From positions 17,174,001 through 17,238,000 of the forward strand of contig NC_090356.1 in the NCBI RefSeq assembly GCF_035084215.1: DNA of 64,000 bases. Direction: 5' to 3'. The notes under the pieces are model-generated. The model was not told the origin of the DNA and did not search any database. It worked only from the letters and a program-made list of their open reading frames with translations. The position numbers were made by a program, and so were the translations under genes. This document shows, one piece after another, positions 24,424 through 37,244 of this stretch. Positions within the stretch are counted from its first letter, which is position 1. The number at the start of each line of letters is the position of its first letter. The stretch comes from Heptranchias perlo. Its lineage: Eukaryota.

Positions 24424-27036
24424 GGGATAAATTTTAACCCCGAAGAACAGGTGGGTTGGCGGGGGCGGGTGTGTATTGAAAATTGTCAGTTTTGGGAGTG
24501 GGACTGCATCCTGCCTCAACCCACTGACTTCCGACTTTGACCCAGACATATCTGGGTGCGCGCGCGTGCTTCTGAAACCCGGAAGTCCCGCTAGCACTTA
24601 AAGACTTAAAGTCACTCATATTTGATAGATTTTCATAAGGAGATCTGCAAAGTGAAGATAGTGAAGTACTCAGACCACCTGGAATGACCACCATCACCAC
24701 CAACATCAGCCTCCCACCCTCCCCTCCATTTGCACAAAACAGTCCTACAACCACACATACACCCATTGTAAATGCACCCAATGGGTGGCATCAAGTCTTG
24801 CCATTCATGATGAGGGACATGCAAGGGCGCTTTCACAAAAGGGACTCAAGAATGGACAAGACATGGCAGTGGTGGTGACAAGTATGATATTTACTGTGAT
24901 TAAAAAAAAAATGAGAAATGAAAAACATGACATTTAGTCAGACACCCTTGTGAATAGCCTTGGTGATCACAAAACCTTCACCTTACTCTTCCTACTACTT
25001 CTATGGGGTGCATCCCTTGTGGCTTCAGCAGAGGTAGTGGTAGGTTGCGCAGGTCCCTGCCCTGACTGCTGAGATGCTCTTGGCCTACATCCTCTGTGTT
25101 TTGAAGCCCGTGAGGGCCCCGCCAAAGACTGCTCCTTGCAGGTGCAGACTCGGCCATCTGGAGAGGAGGCAGCATTTCGGGTAGCGGTTGAGGGGGAGGG
25201 GGGGCAACGGGTGAGATGTGGGAACTCTTTGAGTGGAGTCCCCACTTCCATGTCCCCTTTCGCCATCATCCCTCTCCTGGGCCAGGGCCACATCACTCCT
25301 ACCACTGTGCTGGACAACAGCTTAGAGATCATCTGTGATGCCTTGTAAGGCCACTGCTAATGTATCTGTCTCCCTGTTTAAGGTGGCAGAATGTTGGTCA
25401 TCCTGAGTCCGCATGGCTGTTGTCAGGGCCTGAATGGAATCATTTTTGAGCTGTGCTTGAAGCTCAATGGAGGCTGCCATTCTCTCCATCGCAGACATTC
25501 CCACAACCAGTCCTGGTCACCAGTCCACTAATGCCGGAGGTGGACTCCTCCATGCTCTCCGCTGTTGTGCAGAGTGAGCGTGGCACGTCTTCCAGTATGT
25601 TGCAAAGGTGCATCTGTACCTCGATCATTCTCCTTTTCAAGGATGGCCCTCAGGGTTCAGCATTGGTGTCCAGTTGAGCAGAGCTTGGAGAGGAGTGCGT
25701 CCACCAACGCGGACTCTCCACAGCTGCCCCTGCCACCAGTGTCTGCTCGTGCTCACTTGTGTGTGGTGAATCACCAGGTGACAACCCAACTAATTCTCCA
25801 ATAGGACCCACTGAGGCGTGAGTATCTGCACTGGTGCATGGCTCGCTATGGTGTGATGGTGCACCATCAGAAGCATGGAGCTCCTCTGAGAAATTGCCCT
25901 CGCCCATATCGTGTGCCTCTTCAGCACTCTTTGAAGGCCCTGGAAGAGCAATATTAAGAAACATTACAGAAGTAATGTTGCGATTAGTATCCTGAGGTGT
26001 GCAACAGGTCAATCATTGATAACATCAATTCATGATGTGTGTATAGGATGTTAAAGTCCTGTCGCCAGTCGATTGCGGGTTGCCAGTCTCGCCATCTCTG
26101 ACGGCCAGGCATTCAACCTTGCGGCTGAGATCTAACGCATTCTCTTCCGCCTCTGTCAGAGCCACTATTTGTGGTGGGCCCCCTCCAGTCCTACTCCTCT
26201 CACATGCATTTTGTGCTCTCTTCTACAAGGGGAGAAAAAACAAACGTGTGAGTGAGTGAAGGTGGTATGTTTACCCAATGGATGCATTGCTTTGGGTGAT
26301 GCTGACAATGAAGCAGATGCATCAGAGGGTGACTATCAGACAGATTCATCACATTGCATCAGGATTGGGGTGAGTGGGTGTGGTGGGTTCACAAATGGGG
26401 AGGTGAGGAAGTGCACAGAAAGTGAAGGTAAGTTGATGATAAGACTTAAGTGGGTGTGAGGAGTGATGTGATGGAGTACCCTTGGCAAGATAGAGTGAGA
26501 GAGGGGGTAATGTACACGACAGGATATAGGTGAATCAGTAACTGGACTCACTTTTCCTGACCTTGTAAGGTCATTAAATTGCTTCCTGCTTTGTACGCAT
26601 GATCTTGCCATCGTGCTCCTGCTACTCAGCTCCTCTGCCACCTCCCTTCTTGGTGGCAGTAGCAGGGCGCTTCCTCTGGTCAGCCGGGTATAGTATCTCC
26701 CTCCTGCTCCTGATACCAGCCAGCAACAACTCCAGAGATGAGTTGCTAAAGCAGGGTGCTGCCTTACACCTGTGATGCTTCATCTCTGCACATTCCTCCT
26801 TTCTCCCTTAAAATCCATGCTTGCAACGGGCCTTTAAATACTCCAATTTCCAGTACATCATTCGAGTGCGCAGTACGCCTGCTGCACAGCTTGGAGACAC
26901 GAAACCCAGAAGTAACATTAAGGGCCTTCAATTTAGTCGTGATCGCTTGAGAGAACGCACAAAATTTTTTTCCCAGTTTCGCATCTGCTTATTGACCCCC
27001 TTGCTGAGATCCTGCTACTAGGTTAAAATTTACCCC
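24424..27036 (-). mobile_element. PIF/Harbinger-type non-autonomous DNA transposon carrying a degenerate Myb/SANT gene
   Basis: TIRs gggataaattttaacc (24424) and ggttaaaatttacccc (27021-27036); 3-bp TSD atg on both sides. The minus strand encodes FSNSSLELLL...EVAEELSSRS...QSRKQFNDLTRSGK|gtgagt and then KRAQNACERSRTGGGPP. Confidence 0.8.
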
Positions 27037-27261
27037 ATGATGACCAATGAAATGCAGGGCTTGCTGTTTCAGTGATTATGTTTATGGACCAGGCTCTGGC
27101 ACCTTTTCAACTGCACTTTAGATTAGACGTGAGTTCCATGGTTAAATTGGATTGATTCCAAGTAGTGTGAGAGGGCCACTGGAGCCAACGCACAGTAATT
27201 TCAGAACTCTTTGCATAAGGCATTGACAGTATATTAAATCAGACTGGTATGGATTACTTTA

Positions 27262-27480
27262 TGTCTGAGTGTCCTGACCAATATTTATCCCTCAACCAAC
27301 ATCACTAAAACAGATTATCCGGTCATTATCACATTGCTGTTTGTGGAACCTTGTGTGCAAATTGGCTGCCACGTTTCATACATTACAACAGTGACTACAC
27401 TTCAAAAGTACTTAATTGGCTGTAAATCGTTTTGGGACACCCTGAGGTCATGAAAGACTCTTTATAAATGCAAGCCTTTC
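27262..27480 (+). mobile_element. DeuSINE-type SINE, 3' half
   Basis: cattgctgtttgtgg...aaattggctgccacgtttc...acaacagtgactacacttcaaaagtactt...ataaatgcaag. Confidence 0.8.
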
Positions 27481-27904
27481 TTTCCTTCTTTTGATTATTT
27501 CCATTTAAAAGGGACAGTTCCCCATTTGTTTATAATAAAGTGATAGTTTCTTTAAAGTACTGATTGCTTACCTAATCTCACAAGCCAAGCATAGTTCTTT
27601 ATGATTTAAAGTCAGTCCTGCATTGCCAGCAGGACACCTGCCACAGAGACATCAATATCTTTCAGCATGAATTAAATTTATCCTCATCAGTAATTGAATG
27701 TAACTGACTCTGGCTGGATGGAAACACTAAGAGTAGCATCCTCAGCTGGCTGAGGCTATAAACCAGTACCAAAGTACTGCCTCCTCCCAGCACAAAGCTA
27801 TGACCATGCTGTAATTATCCAGATATTGAACGGACTGTACAAACTGTTGACTAGCTCTTAAGATGCACCTTTCAATCTAATATAATTGATTTACTAAAGG
27901 ACAC

Positions 27905-28035
27905 AGTTAACTGAGTTGATATTGGTTGATTTCAGTTCATTCCAGTTCAATTTAGTTTCAGGAGTTGAGTTTAATTCAGTTGATCCGAGTTCAGTTTAGT
28001 TGAGTTGAGTTAAATTGAGATTAGTTGAGTTCAAT
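27905..28035. repeat. Degenerate (TTGAG/TTCAG)n pentamer tract
   Basis: gagttgagtt, ttcagttcattccagttc and similar units. Confidence 0.6.
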
Positions 28036-28764
28036 TGTGTCACATTGGAACATTGCCTACATTGAGCCTTTTCTTTAACTGCCATTTTCTGCTCTTTCCT
28101 GTCAGACAGCTTGCTGCAAACCACACACTTTTGCATGGGTCATACAGCTTGTTTCTGAGTGTTAGCGAGAAACAGAACAATTTTACTCAAGCTAGTTCAA
28201 GGAGATGACAAATCAGAGTATTAGAACCAGGAATTCAAACATACACAGTTACTGCACACTGGGTAAAAATACCTTGGATCCCAACTTAGGTAACCATTGC
28301 ACATTCAACTTAACGATTCCCTATTAATCCAAATTATTATTTTGCACACACTGGGCTGTTTGTCTGTGTAGGGAATTCCCATCATTAGTAAAATGTAACA
28401 ATTACAAACATGACTATTACATCCTTATATTTAGAAGACACTTTTTTATTGAGATACCAAGCTGAAGGGCTCAGGCCCATAGTGTAGGACACCACCAAGA
28501 TTAAAAACATTAGGAGAGAAGATGAAGTAGATCAGTGTTGTCCAATAGAAATCGCTGACTAGCCAGCTTTATGGCTACAGCGACTCCATTTTAGCCAAAT
28601 GCACTAATTTTAATAGAAAATGCCTAACACACAATACAGGTAAATGTACTTCACATGCATTCTAACTTAACAAGCATCTACCACCATTCAGTGTGAAACT
28701 TTGTAGTGTTTCTCTTGGAATTCTGGCATGAATTTATCAGACACAGCACATCTCAGTTCAGTTT

Positions 28765-31698
28765 AAGAACATAAGAAATAGGAGCAGAGTAGGCCACATG
28801 GCCCCTCGAGCCTGCTCCGCCATTCAATCAGATCATGGCTGATCTTTGACCTCAACTCCACTTTCCTGCACGATCCCTATATCCCTTGATTCCCCTAGAG
28901 TTCAGAAATCTGTCTATCTCAGCCTTGAATATATTCAACAAAGTAACCACAGCCCTTTGGGGTAGAGAATTCCAAAGATTCACCACCCTCTGAGTGAAGA
29001 AATTTCTCCTCATCTCAGTCCTAAATGGCCTATCCCTTATTCTGAGACTGTGACCCCTGGTTCTAGACTCTCCAGCCAGGGGAAACATCCTCCCTGCATC
29101 TACCCTGTCGAGCCCTGTAAGAATTTTGTATGTTTCAATGAGATCACCTCTCATTCTTCTAAACTCTAGAGAATATAGGCCTAGTCTACTCAATCTCTCC
29201 TCATACGACAATCCCACCATCCCAGGAATCAGTCTGGTGAACCTTCGTTGCACTCCCTCTATGGCAAGTATATCCTTTCTTCGGTAAGGAGGCCAAAATT
29301 GTACACAATACTCCTGGTGCAGTCTTACCAAGGCCCTATGTAATTACAGTACGATATCTTTACTCCTGTACTCAAATCCTCTTGTAATAAAGACCAACAT
29401 ACCATTTGCCTTCCTAATTGCTTGTTGCACCTGCATGTTAGCTTTCAGTGACTCATGTACAAGGACACCCAGGTCCCTTTAAACATCAACATTTCCCAAT
29501 CTTTCAGCATTTAAAAAATACTCTGCATTTCTGTTTTTCCTACCAAGTGGATAACTTCACATTTTTTCACATTATATTCCATCTGCCATGTTCTTGCCCA
29601 CTCACTTAGCCCATCTATATCCCCTTGAAGCCTCTTTGCATCCTCCTCACAACACACATTCCCACCTAGTTTTGTGTCATCAGCAAACTTGGAAATTTTA
29701 CATTTGGTCCCCTCATCCAAATCATTGATATAGATTGTGAATAGCTGGGGCCCAAGCACCAATCCCTGTGGTACCCCACTAGTCACAGTCTGCCAACCTG
29801 AAAAAGACCTGTTTATTCCTACTCTCTGTTTTCTGTCTGTTAACCAATTCTTAATCCATGCCAGTATATTATCCCCAATTCCATGTGCTCTAACTTTGTT
29901 CACCAACCTCCTGTGTGGGACCTTATCGAAAACCTTCTGAAAATCCAAATACACCACATCCACTGGTTCCCCCTTATCTATTCTACTAATAACAACCTCA
30001 AAGAACTCCAATAGGTTTGTCAAACATAATTTCCCTTTCATAAATCCATTTTGACTCTGCCAAATCCTATTATTATTTTCTAAGTATCCTGTTATCACAT
30101 CCTTTATAATAGATTCAAGCATTTTCCCTACTACTGATGTCAGGCTAACAGGTCTGTAGTTCCCTGTTTTCTCTCTCCCTCCTTTCTTGAATAGTGGAGT
30201 TACATTTGCTACCCTCCAATCTGCAGGAACCGTTCCAGAATCTGTAGAATTTTGGAAGATGACAACCAATGCATCCACTATCTCTATAGCCACCTCTTTC
30301 AAAACCCTGGGATATAGATCCTTAGGTCCTTGGGATTTATTGACTTTCAGTCCCATTAATTTCTCTAGTACTATTTTTTTTTACTAATACTAATTTCTTT
30401 TAGTTCTCATTCTCGCCAGACCCTTGGTTCTCTACTATTCCTGGGAGGTTTTTTGTGTCTTCTTCCGTGAAGTCAGACACAAAGTATTTGTTTAATTTCT
30501 CTGCCATTTCCTTATTCCCCTTATATATTCTCCCGTCTCTGTCTGTAAGGGACCCACATTTGCCTTCGCCAGTCATTTCCTTTTTGCATACCTTCAGAGG
30601 CTTTTACAGTCCGTTTTTATGTTTCTCGCTAGTTTACTCTCATATTCTATTTTCCCTTTCTTTATCAATTTCTTGGTCCTCCTTTGCTGAATTCTAAAAT
30701 GCTCCCAATCCTCAGGCTTACTGCTTTTTCTGGCAACTTTATATGCCTTTGATTTAATACTATCTTTAATTTCTCTTGTTAGCCACAGTTGGACCACTTT
30801 TCCTGTTGGGTTTTTGTGCCTTAAAGGAATATATATTTGTTGCAAATTATGTATTAATTCTTTAAATGCCTGTCTACCGGCATACCTTTTAATGTAGTTC
30901 CCCAATCAACCACAGCCAACTTGCACCTCATACCTTCGTAGTTTCCTTTGTTTAAATTTAAGACCCTAGTTTCAGATTAAACTACATCACTTTCAAACTT
31001 AATGAAGAATTCTATCATATTATGGTCACTCTTCCCTCAGGGCTCCTTTACACCAAGATTATTAATTAACCCTTTCTCATTGCACAATACTAGATCTAAA
31101 ATATCCTGTTCCCTAGTTGGTTCCTCAACATACTGATCTAGAAAACCATCTTGTATACATTCCAGGAACTCGTCCTCCACAGTATTAGTGCTAATTTGGT
31201 TTGCTCAATCTATATGTAGATTAAAGTCCCCCATGATTACTGTATTACCCTTGTTACATGCACTTCTAATTTCCTGCTTTATACCATGCCCGACATTACC
31301 ACAACTGTTTGGTGGCCCATAAACAACTCGTACCAATGTTTTTTGCCCCTTGCTGTTTCTTAGCTCCACCCAAACTGATTCTATATCTTGATCTTCTGAG
31401 CCAAGATCCTTTCTCACTTTGGAATGATCTCATCTTTTATTAACAGCGCTATCCCACCTACTTTTCCTTTTTGACTGTCCTTCCTAAATGTCGAATATCA
31501 TTGAATATTCAGTTCCCAGCCTTGATCACCCTGCAGCCACGTCTCCATAATGACAATTAAATCATACCCATTTACTTCTATTTGTGCCGTCAATTCATCT
31601 ACCTATGTTGTTGGTACCGATATGGACCACAACCTCTAGCTGTTCACCCTCACCCCCAGAATGTTCTGCAGCCACTCAGTGACTCAATTACCCTGGCA
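28765..31698 (-). mobile_element. Long CR1 LINE fragment (endonuclease plus RT, frameshifted)
   Basis: ORFs 31205, 30594, 29511 (YRPVSLTSV, GVPQG.VLGP, FADDTK) and 28852; CR1 tail aagaacataagaaatagg at 28765. Confidence 0.95.
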
Positions 31699-31768
31699 AT
31701 TAGGGATGGGCAATAAATGCTGACCTTGCCAGTGACGCCCACTTCCCTTGAACGAATAAAAAAAAATG
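31696..31768 (+). mobile_element. Isolated 3' tail and poly-A of the 12281 LINE family
   Basis: gggcaataaatgctgaccttgccagtgacgcccacttcccttgaacgaataaaaaaaaa. Confidence 0.8.
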
Positions 31769-32967
31769 TACCCTGCTAGTTACATCCTCAAAAAATTCTA
31801 ATAGGTTTGTACAACACAATTTCCCTTTCATAAAACCATGTTGACTCTGCCTAATCATATTATGATTTTCTAAGTGCCCTGTTACCACTTCCTTAATAAT
31901 GGATTCCAGCATTTTCCCGACAACTGATGTCAGGCTAACTGGCCTGTAGTTTCCTGTTTTCTCTCTCCCTCCTTTCTTGAACAGCGGGGTCACATTTGCT
32001 ACCTTCCAATCCGCTGGGATCGCTCTAGAATCTAGGGAATTTTGGAAGATCGTAACCAATGCATCCACTATCTCTGCAGCCACCTCTTTTAGAACCCTAG
32101 GATGTAGGCCATCAGATCCAGGGGATTTATCAGCTTTTGGAACCATTAGTTTCTCAAGTATTTTTTCTCTACTGATATTAATTACTTTAAGTTCTTCACT
32201 CTCATTAGCCCCTTGATTCCCCACTATTTCTGGTAAGTTTTTTGTGTCATCTACTGTGAAGACAAATACAAAATATTTGTTTAACGCATCTGCCATTTCC
32301 TGATTCCCCATTATAATTTCTCCTGTCTCAGCCTCTAAGGGACCAATGTTTACTTTTGCTATTCTCTTCCTTTTTACATACTTGCAGAAGCTCTTACAAT
32401 CCGTTTTTATATTTCTTGTTAGTTTTTTAGGAAAATATTCTATTTTCTCTTTACCAATTTTTTGGTCGTCCTTTGCTGGTTTCTAAAACTCTCCCAATCC
32501 TCAAGCTTATTACTCTTCTTGGCAACATTATAGGCCTCTTCTTTTAATCTAATACTATCCTTGACTTCTTTAGTTAGCCATGGGTGGATCACTTTTCCCT
32601 GGAGTTTTTATTTCTCAATGGAATGTATATTTGTTGAGAATATTGAAATATTTCTTTAAATGTTTGCCATTGCTTTTCAATGGTCGTACCCTTTAATTTG
32701 GTTTCCCAATCTACCTTAGCCAACTCGCCCCTCATACCTATGTAATTGGCTTTATTTAAGTTTAAGAGTCTAGTTTCTGACTTAAGTTCGTCACTCTCAA
32801 ACTCAATGTGAAATTCTATCATATTATGATCACTCTTCTCCAGAGGACCTCTTACTGTGAGATTACTAATTAACCCTGTCTCATTACATAATACAAGATC
32901 TAAAATGGCCTGTTCCCTGGTTGGTTCCATGATGTATTGCTCTAGGAAACCATCTCGAATGCATTCC
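31769..32967 (-). mobile_element. Second CR1 fragment (endonuclease end to RT start)
   Basis: EPTREQAILDLVL, SDHNMIEF, PRVLKEVA and NYRPVSLTSVVGK (ORFs 32589, 31700). Confidence 0.92.
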
Positions 32968-33649
32968 TAGAAGCTTCTAGGTTTTGGTCCAGCAATTGTG
33001 AGTGGTACTTTGACTTCATTAGAATGATTGCTGAAAATGTTGACTTGCACAATGCCAGATCCATCCCTGCTCTCCATCCAGAATGCGGTTGGATGTTGCT
33101 TGCCCTTTGCCAAGATATGCCCTGCTGGAACTGCTTGTTATTGGTTGGGCTTGCTTTCTTCTGCTGGCCTGGAGTGGTCATTCTGATTGGTCGAGCTGAC
33201 CATGATGACAGCTCCCCTCTCCATACAATGTTGCTGGTGTTTCCATGGTGCTGAAGTCCAGCGTTTTCACCCGTGTCACACACCATTTTAACAGATAACC
33301 AATAAGCAGTAACCAAGGAAGTAAAGCACACACAATGATCAAAAACACTTGCACACTCTGCTTTTTGTCTTACCATTTTACCAACAAACACACAAAAAGG
33401 TTAAAGTACACATTCATATGCCATGCAAATATGAGTATTGAAATTATATGCCCCACAACGGTGTCTATTACTCATTTTTTAATTTACTAATCAAAAATGA
33501 AATTAACCACATCTGCATTCCCAATAAACCATATGTGGCTAGTGGCTAACGTATTGGACAACCCTGAGGTAGATCAGGAAGTGATGCGGTGATACCAAGT
33601 AAGGATAAGAAGGGTCAGCACCCTCTAGTAGAAGTATTTAAATCTAAGC

Positions 33650-33880
33650 TGCCTGTTCATTTTCCCTCTTCCGAACTTGTACTGTAATGCCTAGGTTCTT
33701 ATCCCTCTCGACAGACTTTAATTCTGTACTAAGCATGGTATATACATGCTTGGCATTAGCCCTACCCATGTGCATGGTATTGCATTTGTCTATATTAAAA
33801 GACATCTGCCAGATGCAGGGCCGTTGCCCCATCACATCTAGATCAGATTGTAGTCTTTTTTTCTCCTCAAGGGTATTTAA
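33650..33880 (-). mobile_element. Old CR1 RT fragment
   Basis: WQMSFNIDKC..MHMG..N...ERDKNLGI. Confidence 0.65.
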
Positions 33881-34932
33881 ATAGATATAAATTTAAATAG
33901 AAAAATCTTATGGGATTGGAATGAATATATATTTGGCTGTTCTTTCAGAGTTTATTGATTCCAGTAGTTTTTTTCTCAGTATTTCTCAGCCAGTTTAGAT
34001 GAAATTGGAGAGTCTGCCTGAAGCCTTTGGAGAAATGTAAACGGGACACAAAGTTTCCATAAAAGGTGAGAAGAAAGGAAAACTACCACTTGAGAATATT
34101 ATGTACATTACAGTTTTATACCGCAATCGTGGCTATTTATTATTTTCTACTTACTCAAAGAGGTGTTTAAACTTAAACACGACTATAACATGTGTCACTG
34201 CTACCGTTCACTTATTGTTGTTCTGTTTAACAGATTTGTTTGGCAGTTTTAAGTTTTCAAAATCAAGGAAGATCACATGAGGGCACATGATAAGTCAAAA
34301 TAAAGTTAAATGGATTCTGTGTTGACCCCTGGGCAGACTACAAATTTGCTTAAGTATCTGGGCAAATGAAAGCATTCCATCGGACATATAGTACAAGGGC
34401 GCACCTATGGGAGTGATCTAAGATTCTCATCCAAAAAAAATCGAGAATAAGAAAAACAGAAATGTAATAGTTCTGTCAAACAATTTATTAGGGTTTGGTT
34501 TATCTGTACTCCTTAGAATCTTAGAGCATCAACAAGGCTTCCCTTAAGTTGCCCTCTCTCCAGTATAAACATTCTCAGCTTCCTTGGTCTCTCCTCACAG
34601 CTCCAATATCAGTTTAGTTGCTCTCCTCTATATCCTCTCCAAAGCCAGGATGTCCCCAACAGTAGAAAAGTGGCTAGTATACACAGTACTTCAGATGGAA
34701 CCAGACCCATGCTGTATACAATCTCACCATTATTCAGGCTCTCATGCTTTGTCCCCCTAGCTGTACACTCTTAGGATCTTCTTTGTCCTCTTTACTGTGC
34801 TGATTGCTTCCACCGGTATCCCCAGATTCCCCTCCCTTGTGTGTCCTGATGTCCACTACCATTCATCTTATACTCCCAGTGCATAGTTCCTTTTTTTCTC
34901 CAGTATAGTGAAGAGTTAAAACAGTAGATAAT

Positions 34933-37232
34933 GGCCCGGAATTTGCGCTGAGCAGTGAACAAATGGCACCCACCATTTGTTAGATTTAAACTTACCCACA
35001 AACTATCCACGGGCTTCTGGATGCCAACTTGCTGAAGTGGGGAGCCGGAAAAAGTGCAGCGTCCTCTCCCAGGCATCTGTGAGCTGTGTGAAGGAACTGT
35101 CTGTCCCCTCAAACAATCAGATTGAAGCATCCTTGACAAACCGTGCAGAGTCAGAACCAGGAAGTGCAAGCTACAACAGGAAATTCAATGTAAAATCAGT
35201 TAGAGAAAGCGAAATAAAGAGAGGGTAAGAAATATTTAAATAAAAGATGGAAATAAAAGAGACAAGGAAAAAGTAAAAAAATAAAAATTTAAAATCTTTT
35301 TTAAATGTCCAACAATAATTAAAATCGGAAGGAATGAGACTCCACATTCTTAAAAGTTAATTTTCAGTGCCAGAGGTGGCAATCATTAAGACTTACCACA
35401 CCGTTAAAAGTTAGCTTAGACCTAAAAAAACTGAGGGGAAAAAATTGAATAGGGGCCTGTTGGGGCGTAGCTGGCGTGATGTGCTATTACCCCGCACCCA
35501 ATGGCCCCTATGCAGGCAGGACACAAGTTTTGGCCCACCCGAGGACATACCTGCAAGCAGCGTTCCATTCCAGGCCTTGCACGTGGAATCAGTGCAATTC
35601 GCACTTTCCACCACCAGGGGAGCTCAATCTCTTAAAGGGAGGATGTTTCTTAGAGATCTCTTAAAGGTAGCTGGTACTTGTTATTTGCTGAAAATAACAG
35701 TCTACTGTCTGCACGGAGTCTGAACAGAGATCAGACATCGCACACGTAAAACACAGATGCAGTTGCCATCCCTATGTTTACACGCTGATGAGTTTTGTTA
35801 AAACATTGAATAAAGGTTGCACACTACTAAATCCCACATCCTCCAATCTGCATGCCAGACCTCACCTATCTGCCGATCTGAGTTGGTACCAGGCCTGTGA
35901 GAGTGCATGCACCAAGGTTCTCTGCTGATGTACTAGAGACCTTGGTGCAAGAAGTGGACAGAAGGAGGGACATCCTATATCCGCAGGGGATGGGGGGGGG
36001 GGCAAGAGACATATATCAAAAAGGCAGTGGGAAATCAATGCCAGGCGCACAGCATCATGAACATTGATGCAGTGCAGGAAGAAGTTCAATGCTTTGACAT
36101 GAGTGGTCAAGGTGAGTGAGGTCAACTGTCAAGTGGCGTCTCCTACCAACTGCACCACGCACTACACCCCCCCATCACCCACATACCAACAAACTCACTC
36201 CATCAGTACTCAACTCTTCCCCAAATGCTTCCTCTCACCCTTACATATTACCACTGTTTCAAACCGCCCACCCACAACTCATAGGCCACACACTGGTAGC
36301 TATTCAATCATGACAGGCACGCCATCCAGACATACGTCCCGTTTCTTGCAGGAGAAGGTGGCACATATCAGGAGGCAGCAAGTGGCAGGGGCATTTAGCC
36401 CCTTCAGCCTGTTCTGCCATTAAGTGAGATCATGGTGGACCTGTGCCCTAACTCGATATACCTGCCTTAGCCCTATAACCCTTAATACTCTTGGTTCACA
36501 GAAATCTATCAATCTCAGATTTAACATTCACAAGTGAGCTAGCATCAACTGCTGTTTGCAGAAGAGTGTTCCAAACATCTCCCACACTTTGCGTGTAGAA
36601 GCATTTCCTAACTTCACTCCTGCACGTCCTGGCTCTAAATGTTAGGCTGTGTCCCCGTGTCCTAGTATTCAAGTCTAGGAGACCTCCAAAAATAGTTACA
36701 AATGTCTCCGCAGCCAGAAGCAATAATCCAGCCACTAACCTGTAAATCCTGCATGGTCCCTTTAAATAGCGCTTGTGGGAGGTCCTCCAGGCACTTTAAG
36801 ACAAGTTCAGATGGTCGGGGTTAAGGCTATGCATTGAGTTGAGCCTTAAATACCAAAATGATGTCTATCACTTTAAATCAGCGTTGCACACTGATTGAAG
36901 CCATTTTCTCCCCACTTTACATGATTCAGCGGCGAAACAACAGGCGCTACACGGCTCAATTTAGCGCCCAGTCTGTATCTTTATGTAGATTACTTCATTT
37001 CCAGCTGGGCAGGAGAGCAACTTCGCGCTGGTCCATTCATTCCAACGGGGATCCAGCCAGCGAGCTGTCCTTCCTGCACAGTTTCGAAGGAGCAGGGCAT
37101 CTGATAGAGCAGCTTCCGGATTTCCCTGTTTGACTGCGCGTGTGCATTCGCCGGAAGTTGCTGTACCAGATGCGCAGAAATAACGGTGAACTCTGTTAGC
37201 CTCACCGTTATTTTATGAGCAAATTCCGGGCC
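34933..37232 (+). mobile_element. Harbinger-type non-autonomous element with a Myb/SANT remnant
   Basis: Perfect 14-bp TIR ggcccggaatttgc / gcaaattccgggcc; TSD aat on both sides. 35895-36115 encodes APRFSADVLETLVQEVDRRRDILYPQG...CRKKFNALT*VVK|gtgagt. Confidence 0.82.
36385..36665 (-). mobile_element. CR1 3' fragment nested in the Harbinger element
   Basis: TRTRGHSL...YTQSVGDVWNTLLQTAVDA...SEIDRFL. Confidence 0.8.
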
Positions 37233-37244
37233 AATATAAGTGCC

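Larger units (their letters stand above)
28533..33566 (-). mobile_element. hAT/Charlie (MER3-like) DNA transposon, internally deleted and split by CR1 insertions
   Basis: Ends cagtgttgtccaatag and tattggacaaccctg; 8-bp TSD aagtagat/aggtagat. The transposase C-terminus CKSTFSAIILMKSKYHSQLLDQNLEA (~33050-32970) resumes as ELRCAVSDKFMPEFQEKHYKVSH* (~28760-28690). Confidence 0.8.
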
